Assembly: GCA_002385705.1 (NCBI GenBank)
Contig: DGDZ01000017.1
Location: 19,799 to 83,798 of the forward strand
From: Verrucomicrobia subdivision 3 bacterium UBA3939
GTDB lineage: Bacteria; Verrucomicrobiota; Verrucomicrobiia; Limisphaerales; UBA3939
Direction: 5' to 3'
DNA length: 64,000 bases
Shown here: positions 47,315-56,454 of the stretch, piece after piece
How positions within the stretch are numbered: position 1 is the stretch's first letter
How the letters are laid out: every line of letters starts with the position of its first letter
The notes under the pieces: generated by a model
Told to the model about the DNA's origin: nothing
The model's database searches: none
Seen by the model: the letters and a program-made list of their open reading frames with translations, nothing else
Translations under genes and position numbers: made by a program

Positions 47315-48709
47315 ATGAACACGAAGGATTTCATCCGATTGGGAGTGCCGCCGGGTGAAGCGACGCGGCGGGCTGCGGATTTTGTTGCGCGATACGTTCT
47401 CGCCGGCGGCGACAAGTCCCGGCTGGAGGAGGAGATTCGGGCGATTGTGGCGGACCCCGCGCGGTTTGCGGACGATCCGTTGCGGCGGGAATTCGCCACA
47501 GCGGTGTCGAGCGCGCCTCCGCAGCGCGCGGAGCCGGCGAGATTCCGGCAGTGGGGCGAGGATCTCGATGTGGAAGCGGTGAAGCAGATGGAGAAGGCGT
47601 GCCAGCTTCCGGTGTCGGTGCAGGGCGCGCTGATGCCGGATGCGCACGTGGGTTACGGACTGCCCATCGGCGGCGTGCTGGCGACAGAGAACGCGGTGAT
47701 TCCCTACGGGGTCGGGGTGGATATTGCGTGCCGGATGAAGATGACGGTGCTGGACATTCCAATCCGGGATCTGGAGCAGAAGCAGGATCGGCTGCGGCGC
47801 GCCATCGAGGCGGAAACGCGCTTTGGCGTAGGCGCGACGTTCAAGCAGCGGCGCGAGCATGAAGTGATGGATGAAGACTGGTCGGTGAGCGTCGTGACGC
47901 GGCAGAACAAGGACCGCGCCTGGGCGCAATTGGGCACGAGCGGCAGCGGCAATCATTTCGTCGAATTCGGCCTGTTCACGGCGCACTCGAAGATTGGGGG
48001 TCTCGAGCCCGGGACGTATGTGGCGTTGCTGTCGCACAGCGGCAGCCGCGGGACGGGCGCGGCGGTGTGCGATTATTACAGCAAGCTGGCGTCGCAGCGT
48101 TGCCGTTCGTTTCTGCCGGCCGAACTGCTGCGGCTGGCGTGGCTGCCGCTCGATTCCGAGGAAGGCCAGGAATACTGGAATGCGATGGAACTGATGGGCC
48201 GCTACGCCGCGGCGAATCACGCATGCATTCATCGGCACATCGCGCGACACCTCGGCGCGCAGGTGTTGCTCGACCTGGAGAATCACCACAACTTTGCCTG
48301 GAAGGAGAAGCACGTGATCGATGGGGTGGAACGCGAAGTGGTGGTGCATCGCAAGGGCGCCACACCCGCCGGCCGCGGGACGCTCGGCATCATACCCGGT
48401 TCGATGGCGTCGCCGGGCTTCATCGTGAGCGGCAAGGGACATCCCGAGTCGCTGGATTCGGCGTCGCACGGCGCCGGACGTGCGATGAGCCGCAAGGCGG
48501 CGAGCGCAAAGTTCAACTGGAAGGATGTGAACCGGTATCTGAAGCAGCAGGGCGTGACGTTGATCAGCGCGGGACTGGACGAGGTGCCGATGGCGTACAA
48601 AAACATTCGCGAGGTGATGGCGGCGCAGAAGGACCTCGTCACGGTGCTCGGCGAGTTTCAGCCGAAGCTGGTGAAGATGGCGCTGGGCGGCGAGCGGCCG
48701 GAGGATTGA
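47315..48709 (+). CDS. rtcB: RtcB family RNA 3'-phosphate ligase
   Basis: MPDAHVGYGLPIGGV, GVGVDIACRM, GSGNHFVEF, SHSGSRGTG, ENHHNFAW, HRKGATPA, PGSM and SHGAGR. The track start at 47285 is TTG; I use the ATG at 47315. Confidence 0.92.
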   Translation: MNTKDFIRLGVPPGEATRRAADFVARYVLAGGDKSRLEEEIRAIVADPARFADDPLRREFATAVSSAPPQRAEPARFRQWGEDLDVEAVKQMEKACQLPVSVQGALMPDAHVGYGLPIGGVLATENAVIPYGVGVDIACRMKMTVLDIPIRDLEQKQDRLRRAIEAETRFGVGATFKQRREHEVMDEDWSVSVVTRQNKDRAWAQLGTSGSGNHFVEFGLFTAHSKIGGLEPGTYVALLSHSGSRGTGAAVCDYYSKLASQRCRSFLPAELLRLAWLPLDSEEGQEYWNAMELMGRYAAANHACIHRHIARHLGAQVLLDLENHHNFAWKEKHVIDGVEREVVVHRKGATPAGRGTLGIIPGSMASPGFIVSGKGHPESLDSASHGAGRAMSRKAASAKFNWKDVNRYLKQQGVTLISAGLDEVPMAYKNIREVMAAQKDLVTVLGEFQPKLVKMALGGERPED

Positions 48710-48974
48710 CGGTCGCAGCGCTGCGCATTCTGCAATCGCACCGCAGGAATTCCCGGCATTCGCAATCGGGAAGCGAGCGTGCGCGTTTCGAGCACCCACT
48801 AGAATGAACGCGCAAGGCGCGCCGTTCCTGCACGTTCTGCTCGCAAATTCGAGAGATACCCGCACCGGGCATGTGGTCTGCTCGGAGGAGTTGTCTGACG
48901 TTATCCACCCGGTTGCAGACAGTGCGTGACACAACGCCGGAGTGGCGCAGCGGCATGTGCGTAGGCTGGGGGAA

Positions 48975-51962
48975 ATGCCTCAAATTCTTCTAAAGCCCCG
49001 GCCATTCCTGACCGATATGGTCATGGCGAAATTTGAGCGCAAATCGGCGTTGACGTTGCCCAGCCGTGTGGTGCTGCTGGTGGCGCTGTATTTCCTCGGC
49101 GGTTTGCTCGGAAAACAGGGCTCGTTCATGTCGGGCAGCGTGGCGCTGGTGTGGCCGCCTTCGGGCATCGCGCTTGCCGCGATTCTGCTGTTCGGTTACC
49201 GCTTCTGGCCGGGTGTCGCGTTAGGCGCCGTCCTCTTCTCTTTCTCGAACGGAATGCCGATCGGGTTCTTCACCTTCGGAACGGCTGTCGGCAACACCGT
49301 CGGCGCGGTGGTCTGCGCGTTCCTGATTCACGGTTTCCTGCGGTCGGAAATGTCGCTCGAGCGCACGCGCGACGTCACGGCCTATATCGTCCTCGCGTGT
49401 CTGCTCGGCACCACCGTCAATGCGGCCTTCAATGTCGTCGGGCTTGCCTACTCAGGGGGCGTGTCGTGGGACAGTCTGTTCCTGACCGTGCTCGAATGGT
49501 GGGTGCCCAATGCTTTGGCCGGTCTGGTCGTGACTCCGTTGATCATCGCGTGGGCACGTCCGTCGTCCGTCCAGTGGGACGGACGGCTGATTGCCGAAGC
49601 TCTGCTTTGCGGGTGCGGTCTGATTGCGGGAACACTGATCTCCTTTCATTCGTGGTTTGTGTATGGGATTGGCAATTACCCGCTGGGGTACCTGCCGTTC
49701 CCGTTCCTGGTCTGGGGTTCTTTGCGGTTCGGACAACGCAGCGCCACGATGGGCACCTTTGTCGTATCGGCTTTGTCCGTCCACTCGCTGGTGCACGGCC
49801 GCGGGCCGTTTGTCACTCAGACCGAGCGTGACAGCCTCATGCTGATCGGCAGTTACATCGGCATCCTGGCTGTGACGAACCTGTTTCTGGCGGCGGCGGC
49901 GGCGGAACGCCGGCGCGCCGAGCGCGACATGGCCAGGAGCGAGAAGCGGTTCCGCGCGGTGGTCGAGGACCAGACGGACCTGATCTGCCGCTTCAAGCCG
50001 GACGGAACGCTCACCTTTGTCAACGCCGCCTTCTGCCGCTTCCACGGGCGGACGCGGGATGACCTGCTGGGGACGCACTTCATGCAATCGTTGTCTCAGG
50101 ACGACGCCGCGATTCCGCTGGGCAGCTTCCAGTTCCTGACGGCGGAACAGCCTGTGGTCTCCTTCGATTTCCGTGTGAAAGGAGCAAACGGTTCCACGCT
50201 CTGGCATCAATACACAATCCGCCGGCTCTCGGCGGATAACGGGGAAGCGACCGAATACCAGGCGGTGATCCAGGACATCACGGCGCGCAAACAGTCCGAA
50301 GAAGCGCTGCGTGCCAGCGAGAACAAATATCGATCCCTTGTCGCGCACATTCCCGATGTCGTCTGGACGCGGAACGCGAACGGCGATTTCACGTACATCA
50401 GCGACCGGGTGTCGGACGTGCTGAACTATCGGCCGGACGAACTGATCGGCGCCGGCAACTCGTATTGGATGAGCATGGTGCATCCGGACGACGCGGCGCA
50501 TGTGAGGCTGAGCTATCATCTCCTGTTCACGCTGAACAGGAAATTGGACATCGAGTATCGGGTCCGGCGCAAAGGCGGCGACTGGGTGTGGATTCATGAG
50601 CGGGCTCCCGAAACACGGAGCGACGCGGGTGTGGTGTGTGCGGACGGATTGTTCTCGGACATTTCGAAGCGCAAGCGCAGCGAGGAGATTCTGCAACAGG
50701 CCAAGGAGGAGGCCGAAGCCGCCAATCGGGCGAAGAGCCAGTTCCTGGCGAACATGAGCCATGAGCTGCGCACGCCATTGACCGCCATCATCGGCTTTTC
50801 GGAAATGCTGGTGATGAAAATGTTTGGCGATCTGAACGAACGCCAGATCAGTTATGCCACGAACATCTACAACAGCGGCCGGCATCTGCTCCAGTTGATC
50901 AATGACATTCTCGACCTGTCGAAGGTGGAAGCGGGGCGGCTGGAACTGGTGCCCGCGCCGTTCATAGTTTCGCAGGCGATCCGGGACGTGGAAGCCCTGG
51001 TGAAGACGCTGGCGAACAAAAAGAGCATCGCTGTTCGCTTCGACGTTCCCGACGACCTGCCTCCACTGGTGGCGGACCAGGCGCGTTTCAAGCAGATCAT
51101 GTTCAACCTGCTCAGCAATGCCATCAAGTTCACGCGCGAAGGCGGAAGTGTCACCGTGTCGATCTCTGCCCAACAACAGCCTCCGCCGCAATTGCAGGCG
51201 GGGCTCCCCGCGGGCCGGCGCTGGCTGCAGGTCAGCGTGGCCGACACGGGAATCGGCATTCACCCGAAGGATCATGAGCGGATCTTCGGCGAGTTCGAGC
51301 AGGTGGATTCGTCCTATGGCCGCCAGCAACAGGGCACCGGCCTTGGGCTGGCGCTGACGCGGCGGCTGGTGGAGATGCACGGCGGACGCATCTGCGTGGA
51401 GAGCGAAGGAGTGGAGAACAAGGGAAGCGTGTTCACCTTTGTCATTCCGCTGGGCGAAGTGCCGGGCGAATCCCCTTCGCTGGAACGCGAGAGCGACAGC
51501 CGGAAAGCGTCCGCCTCGCCGGTTTCGGCGCCCGAACTGCCCGCGTCCGACCGCCGGCCGCACGTGCTGGTGGTGGAGGACAACCCGTTGAACCTCCAAC
51601 TGGCGACGGACCTGCTCGAAGCGAATGGATTCCTCGTTTCAAAAGCCGAAACCGCGCGCGACGGACTTCGCCTCGCGCGCACCGCGTCGCCGGACATCGT
51701 GCTCATCGACCTGCGCCTCCCGGACATGGACGGCCTGTCGGCCGCGCGGCGGCTGAAGAGCGACCCGTCCACGCGGCACCTTCCGCTGATCGCGCTGACG
51801 GCGCACGCGATGAAGGGCGACGAGGAGCAGGCGCTGGAGGCGGGATGCGACGGCTACCTGACCAAGCCGATCGACCGCGAGGCATTCGTGCGAACGGTGA
51901 CCGATCACCTGACGCGCAGGAAAAACGGACAGACACTCATTTATGCAGACCCAGGAAGTTGA
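48975..51962 (+). CDS. Hybrid sensor histidine kinase: MASE1-like membrane domain, PAS domains, HisKA, HATPase_c, receiver
   Basis: N-terminal polytopic region (WPPSGIALAAILLFGYRFWPGV), two PAS-like segments, H-box FLANMSHELRTPL, N/G boxes (LLSNAIKFT, DTGIGI, GTGLGL), and REC (VLVVEDNPLN...IDLRLPDMDG...KP). The start is uncertain (48942 GTG, 48975 ATG or 49017 ATG). Confidence 0.9.
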   Translation: MPQILLKPRPFLTDMVMAKFERKSALTLPSRVVLLVALYFLGGLLGKQGSFMSGSVALVWPPSGIALAAILLFGYRFWPGVALGAVLFSFSNGMPIGFFTFGTAVGNTVGAVVCAFLIHGFLRSEMSLERTRDVTAYIVLACLLGTTVNAAFNVVGLAYSGGVSWDSLFLTVLEWWVPNALAGLVVTPLIIAWARPSSVQWDGRLIAEALLCGCGLIAGTLISFHSWFVYGIGNYPLGYLPFPFLVWGSLRFGQRSATMGTFVVSALSVHSLVHGRGPFVTQTERDSLMLIGSYIGILAVTNLFLAAAAAERRRAERDMARSEKRFRAVVEDQTDLICRFKPDGTLTFVNAAFCRFHGRTRDDLLGTHFMQSLSQDDAAIPLGSFQFLTAEQPVVSFDFRVKGANGSTLWHQYTIRRLSADNGEATEYQAVIQDITARKQSEEALRASENKYRSLVAHIPDVVWTRNANGDFTYISDRVSDVLNYRPDELIGAGNSYWMSMVHPDDAAHVRLSYHLLFTLNRKLDIEYRVRRKGGDWVWIHERAPETRSDAGVVCADGLFSDISKRKRSEEILQQAKEEAEAANRAKSQFLANMSHELRTPLTAIIGFSEMLVMKMFGDLNERQISYATNIYNSGRHLLQLINDILDLSKVEAGRLELVPAPFIVSQAIRDVEALVKTLANKKSIAVRFDVPDDLPPLVADQARFKQIMFNLLSNAIKFTREGGSVTVSISAQQQPPPQLQAGLPAGRRWLQVSVADTGIGIHPKDHERIFGEFEQVDSSYGRQQQGTGLGLALTRRLVEMHGGRICVESEGVENKGSVFTFVIPLGEVPGESPSLERESDSRKASASPVSAPELPASDRRPHVLVVEDNPLNLQLATDLLEANGFLVSKAETARDGLRLARTASPDIVLIDLRLPDMDGLSAARRLKSDPSTRHLPLIALTAHAMKGDEEQALEAGCDGYLTKPIDREAFVRTVTDHLTRRKNGQTLIYADPGS

Positions 51963-53019
51963 AATCAAAACGACACCGACGCCGCCGCACCCGAGCAGCG
52001 GGTTTGTTCTCGTGGTGGACGACGAAGAGCACAATCGCATCCTGCTGCGGGATCCGCTGGAGGCCCGCGGCTACGAGGTGTGCGAAGCGGAGAACGGCGA
52101 ACGCGCGCTCGAACTGATGTCGCAGCGCATCCCGGATGTGGTGCTGCTGGACGTGATGATGCCGCGGATCGACGGTTTCGAGGTGTGCCGCCGGATCCGA
52201 AGCGCGCCGGAGACGGCGCCGGTGCCGGTGCTGATGCTGACCGCGTTGTCGGAGCGGCACGAGCGGCTGATGGGCATCAAGGCCGGCGCGAACGATTTTC
52301 TGACCAAGCCCCTGGACATTCAGGACGTGCTCCTGCGCGTCGCGAATGCGGTTCGTCTCAGGCAGTTGTACGACCAGCTTCAGGCCGAGCAAAAGCGTTC
52401 GGAAAGCCTGTTGTTGAACGTGCTTCCCGGACCGATCGCCGCTCGCATGAAACAGGGGGAACTCAATATCGTGGACAATTTCGCGGAGGCGACGGTGCTG
52501 CTGGCGGACCTGGTGGGCTTTACCACGCTGTGCGCGCACATCCAGGCTGAGGAGGTCGTCTGGCTGCTGAACGAACTCTTCAGCAAGTTCGATCAACTCG
52601 CCGAAGGACATGGGCTGGAGAAGATCAAAACCATGGGCGACGCCTACATGGTCGTCGGCGGAGTGCCCGTGGCGCGTGCGGACCATGCCGAAGCGGTCGC
52701 CGACCTCGCCATTGCCATGCGCATCGCGGTGGACGAGTTCAATCGCTACTACAACACCGCGTTTCAGTTCCGATTCAGCCTGGCCACCGGTCCCGTGATT
52801 GCCGGTGTCATCGGGCGGAAGAAATTCAGCTACGACGTCTGGGGCGACACCGTAAATCTCGCCAATCGGTTCATTGAATTCGCCGATCCGGGTGACATTC
52901 AGGTGTCGGAAGCGACGTTTGAAAAGCTGGAGCAGAAGTATGCCTTCGGGCGCAGGCAGCAGATCGAGATGAAGAGCGGCAATGTGGTGGTGATGCACAC
53001 CCTGTGCGGGAAGGCCTGA
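51943..53019 (+). CDS. Response regulator receiver fused to a class III adenylate/guanylate cyclase domain
   Basis: REC: VLVVDDEEHNRILL...VLLDVMMPRIDGF...KP. Cyclase: ATVLLADLVGFT...EKIKTMGDAYMVVGG...GVIGRKKFSYDVWGDTVNLANR. It overlaps the kinase gene by 20 nt. Confidence 0.9.
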   Translation: MQTQEVEIKTTPTPPHPSSGFVLVVDDEEHNRILLRDPLEARGYEVCEAENGERALELMSQRIPDVVLLDVMMPRIDGFEVCRRIRSAPETAPVPVLMLTALSERHERLMGIKAGANDFLTKPLDIQDVLLRVANAVRLRQLYDQLQAEQKRSESLLLNVLPGPIAARMKQGELNIVDNFAEATVLLADLVGFTTLCAHIQAEEVVWLLNELFSKFDQLAEGHGLEKIKTMGDAYMVVGGVPVARADHAEAVADLAIAMRIAVDEFNRYYNTAFQFRFSLATGPVIAGVIGRKKFSYDVWGDTVNLANRFIEFADPGDIQVSEATFEKLEQKYAFGRRQQIEMKSGNVVVMHTLCGKA

Positions 53020-53613
53020 GCATCCGGATCTGTGCAGACAATCGGGGCGGGAGCGCGGCGTTCACGTCGCTCGCCCGCAAACCGGGCGCGCATGAACAGC
53101 CCGCACACCGCCGCAATCCGGATTGGTCAGCCAACCGGGCGAAACCGCGTTGCGGTTTATATGTTCCCGCCGCAGAGAAAACGTGATCCGCGCCGGCCTG
53201 CCGCGCCAACCGGGCAAGAGAGCGCATTCGCGAGTGGTTATCGAACGAGGACGGATTGTCCTTGTGAAATGGCGTGTGCCCGTCTTCGGCCGGAGCGGCA
53301 GACCTGTGACGCTTTCGAAGAGTGCGGAGTGCCGGCGTAGTTCAGGGAGAATCCGTTCCGGAGGGGCAGCTTCGCCCACTTGCGCAACGGCAAGGCGGAT
53401 CGGGGTAAGGTTTCGGCGCCCGGGATGCGTTGGTGCCCGAAGGCAGGCTCAGAACACAGTTCGAGTACGTTGTGCCGCCTTTTTCCCGAAGCGAAAGAGC
53501 CGGTGGCTGATTGCGCCGTCGTCGTCAGTCGTTCGGCGCAGACAACGCTGGCGGATCATTTGGAAATTCTGTACGCTTGCGCGGCGTCTGTCGCGAACCC
53601 CTGAAGCGCCCCG

Positions 53614-56055
53614 ATGACATCGCAAATGAAAACGCGTCTTCCGATACTTGTTTGCCTCGCAACCGTGATCGCCTGTTGCGGAACCGCGTCAGGCTCCGAC
53701 CTTGCCCGCAATCGCGAGCGTTCCTTCAATGCCGACTGGCGTTTCCTGCGGGCGGATGCGCCCGGGGCGGAAGCGGTCGCGTTCGACGACAGCCATTGGC
53801 GGATTGTGGACGTGCCTCACGACTGGAGCATTGAGGATCTTCCCTCCACCGACGGCGCCCCGCCCAGTCCGTTCAACGCGACACTGAGCGCCGAAGGGGC
53901 CGCCACGGGTTTCGTGGTGGGCGGAACAGGCTGGTATCGCAAGCATTTTACTCTGGACCCGTCCGATGCGGGAAAGAGCGTCACGATCCTTTTCGACGGC
54001 GTCTATATGAACGCTGATTTCTGGATCAACGGCCACCATCTGGGAAACCATCCTTACGGGTACACCGCATTCAGCTACGATCTGACGCCGCACCTGAAAC
54101 CTGCGGGCCAGACGAACGTCCTCTCCGTCCGCGTTCGCAACGAAGGCCGGAACAGCCGCTGGTACAGCGGCTCGGGGATTTATCGAAACGTGTCGCTCAT
54201 CGTGACCGATCCCATTCACATTCCGGTCTGGGGCGTGCATGTCATCGCAACGAACATCTCCAGGTCCGACGCCCCGGTCCATGTCGCCACCACGATCACC
54301 AACGGCAGCGGCGCAGACGCCACCATCCGTGTGCGAACACGGCTGGTTCAGCCCAACGGCAGGGCGCTACGCGCGCAGGAGGACGAGATCCACATTCCCG
54401 CCGGAACGCAACGAGAGCTCACACAAACCCTGCTTGTGAATCGTCCGGTGCTTTGGTCACTCGAAACACCGGCACTGTATCGCGCTGAGGTCGAACTGCT
54501 TCACGGCGAACGAACCCTCGACCGAAGCACCGCGACATTCGGAATCCGGCATCTGCGGTTCACAGCGGCGAACGGATTCGAATTGAACGGAAAGATGGTT
54601 GAACTTAAAGGCGGGTGCCTGCACCACGACAACGGACCGCTCGGATCCGCCGCGATTGATCGCGCCGAGGAACGCCGCGTCGAGTTGTTGAAGGCATACG
54701 GTTACAACGCCATTCGCACCGCGCATAACCCGCCTTCGGCTGCGTTTCTCGACGCTTGCGACCGCATCGGCATGCTGGTGATCGATGAAGCGTTCGACAT
54801 GTGGGAGCGGCCGAAGAATCCGGACGACTACCACCTCTACTTCAAGGACTGGTGGCAACGCGATCTCGCATCGATGATCCTGCGCGATCGCAACCACCCC
54901 AGCGTGATCATGTGGAGCATCGGAAATGAAATCCCGGAACGCGCCGCGCCGTCCGGTGTTGCCATCGCCGAGAAGATGGTCGCCCTGATCCGGCCGCTGG
55001 ACGCCACCCGGCCTGTGACCGCGGGCATTTGCGACTTCTGGGACGACCGCAGCAAGACCTGGGCGGATATCCATCCGGCTTTCGCTCATCTCGATGTCGG
55101 TGGCTACAACTACCAGTGGCGCCGGTCTGTAACCGATCACGCGACGTTCCCCGATCGGATCATCTACGGCAGCGAGTCCTATCCGCGGCAGGCTTTCGAG
55201 AGCTGGCGAACGGTCGTCTCCAACTCCTGGGTCATCGGCGACTTTGTCTGGACCGCGTGGGATTACATCGGTGAAACCGGCCTTGGCAACGCGGTTCTCG
55301 ATGGCGAGCGGGCCAATCGCCTTCCATGGTTCAATGCGTTCTGTGGCGACATCGATCTCTGCGGTTTCAAAAAAGCGCCGTTCTACTATCGCGAAGTCAT
55401 TTGGGGCGGTGCGAAAATGAATCTCGCTGTCCACGCGCCCATCCCGGAGGGACGCCGGGAGAAGGTGAGCCAGTGGGGCTGGCCCGATGAACGCCAGAGC
55501 TGGACATGGCCCGGCTCCGAGGGCGACCCGCTGGATGTGACGGTTTATTCCAGTTGCGAAAGTGTTCGCCTCGAATTGAACGGGAAGGAAATCGCCACGC
55601 AACCCGTGGACTCGCGGATGATCGCGCGCTTCAAAGTGCCTTACCAGCCGGGCGAACTGCGCGCCGTCGGACTGTCCGGGGGCAGGCGCGTCGCCACGGC
55701 CACACTTCGCACCGCAGGCGAACCTCACGCGATTCGGCTCACGGCGGATCGATCGCGCATCCGCGCCGATCGCAGCGATCTCTCGTACGTCACCGTGGAG
55801 ATTGTCGATCGCCATGGCACCATCGTTCCCAACGCCGCAATGCCCGTGCACTTCAATGTGTCCGGCGCAGGCGAACTGGCTGCAACCGGCAGCGGCGCGC
55901 CGAACGACGCGTCGAGCTTTCGACTTCCCGTGCGCAAGGTTTGGCATGGACGCGCCCTGGCGATCCTGCGCCCCAAAGGAGAGTCCGGCAGAATCACGCT
56001 CAAGGCCGAGGCCGACGGACTGAAGCCCGCGACGGTCGTGGTTCGGACGCGGTAA
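53614..56055 (+). CDS. Glycoside hydrolase family 2 (beta-galactosidase/beta-glucuronidase-like), secreted
   Basis: FNADWRFLRAD...DDSHWRIVDVPHDWSIE, NAIRTAHNPPS, RDRNHPSVIMWSIGNEIPE. 813 aa with a signal peptide. Confidence 0.9.
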   Translation: MTSQMKTRLPILVCLATVIACCGTASGSDLARNRERSFNADWRFLRADAPGAEAVAFDDSHWRIVDVPHDWSIEDLPSTDGAPPSPFNATLSAEGAATGFVVGGTGWYRKHFTLDPSDAGKSVTILFDGVYMNADFWINGHHLGNHPYGYTAFSYDLTPHLKPAGQTNVLSVRVRNEGRNSRWYSGSGIYRNVSLIVTDPIHIPVWGVHVIATNISRSDAPVHVATTITNGSGADATIRVRTRLVQPNGRALRAQEDEIHIPAGTQRELTQTLLVNRPVLWSLETPALYRAEVELLHGERTLDRSTATFGIRHLRFTAANGFELNGKMVELKGGCLHHDNGPLGSAAIDRAEERRVELLKAYGYNAIRTAHNPPSAAFLDACDRIGMLVIDEAFDMWERPKNPDDYHLYFKDWWQRDLASMILRDRNHPSVIMWSIGNEIPERAAPSGVAIAEKMVALIRPLDATRPVTAGICDFWDDRSKTWADIHPAFAHLDVGGYNYQWRRSVTDHATFPDRIIYGSESYPRQAFESWRTVVSNSWVIGDFVWTAWDYIGETGLGNAVLDGERANRLPWFNAFCGDIDLCGFKKAPFYYREVIWGGAKMNLAVHAPIPEGRREKVSQWGWPDERQSWTWPGSEGDPLDVTVYSSCESVRLELNGKEIATQPVDSRMIARFKVPYQPGELRAVGLSGGRRVATATLRTAGEPHAIRLTADRSRIRADRSDLSYVTVEIVDRHGTIVPNAAMPVHFNVSGAGELAATGSGAPNDASSFRLPVRKVWHGRALAILRPKGESGRITLKAEADGLKPATVVVRTR

Positions 56056-56236
56056 AGCCCACGGATTGAGTGGGGGGATTGACGATCATTTCCTCTTTTT
56101 GTCTGTATCGAAGCAAAAAGCTGGACTAATGCTTCTCTGTTCTTAGCATTCGCGTAAGAAGCGATCGCTGCATCGCGAAAAAGTTTCCGCCCCGCACGCG
56201 GATTAACCGAACAAACGCTGGAACACACCGCTTTGT

Positions 56237-56407
56237 ATGCTTGGAATTCAAGATCCCTGGGTGGCGCTTGCGATCATCCTGTGCCTCGCCAGCACCCTCC
56301 TGTGCGTCGTCTATGCCTGGCTCAATTGGAATCGTGGCGACGAAGAATTGCGGACGGAAGATGTTCGTTGGGCGGCCGAGGAAGACAAGGTGGAGGAAAC
56401 GCTTTGA
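56237..56407 (+). CDS. Symporter small accessory protein (single TM, 56 aa)
   Basis: Not in the ORF track because it is under 60 aa. Translated by hand: MLGIQDPWVALAIILCLASTLLCVVYAWLNWNRGDEELRTEDVRWAAEEDKVEETL. It ends 47 nt upstream of the SSS gene. Confidence 0.7.
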   Translation: MLGIQDPWVALAIILCLASTLLCVVYAWLNWNRGDEELRTEDVRWAAEEDKVEETL

Positions 56408-56454
56408 ATTGTTTCGTCCGCCATCCGCATGTTTGACCCGCCCTTTCGACGCAT

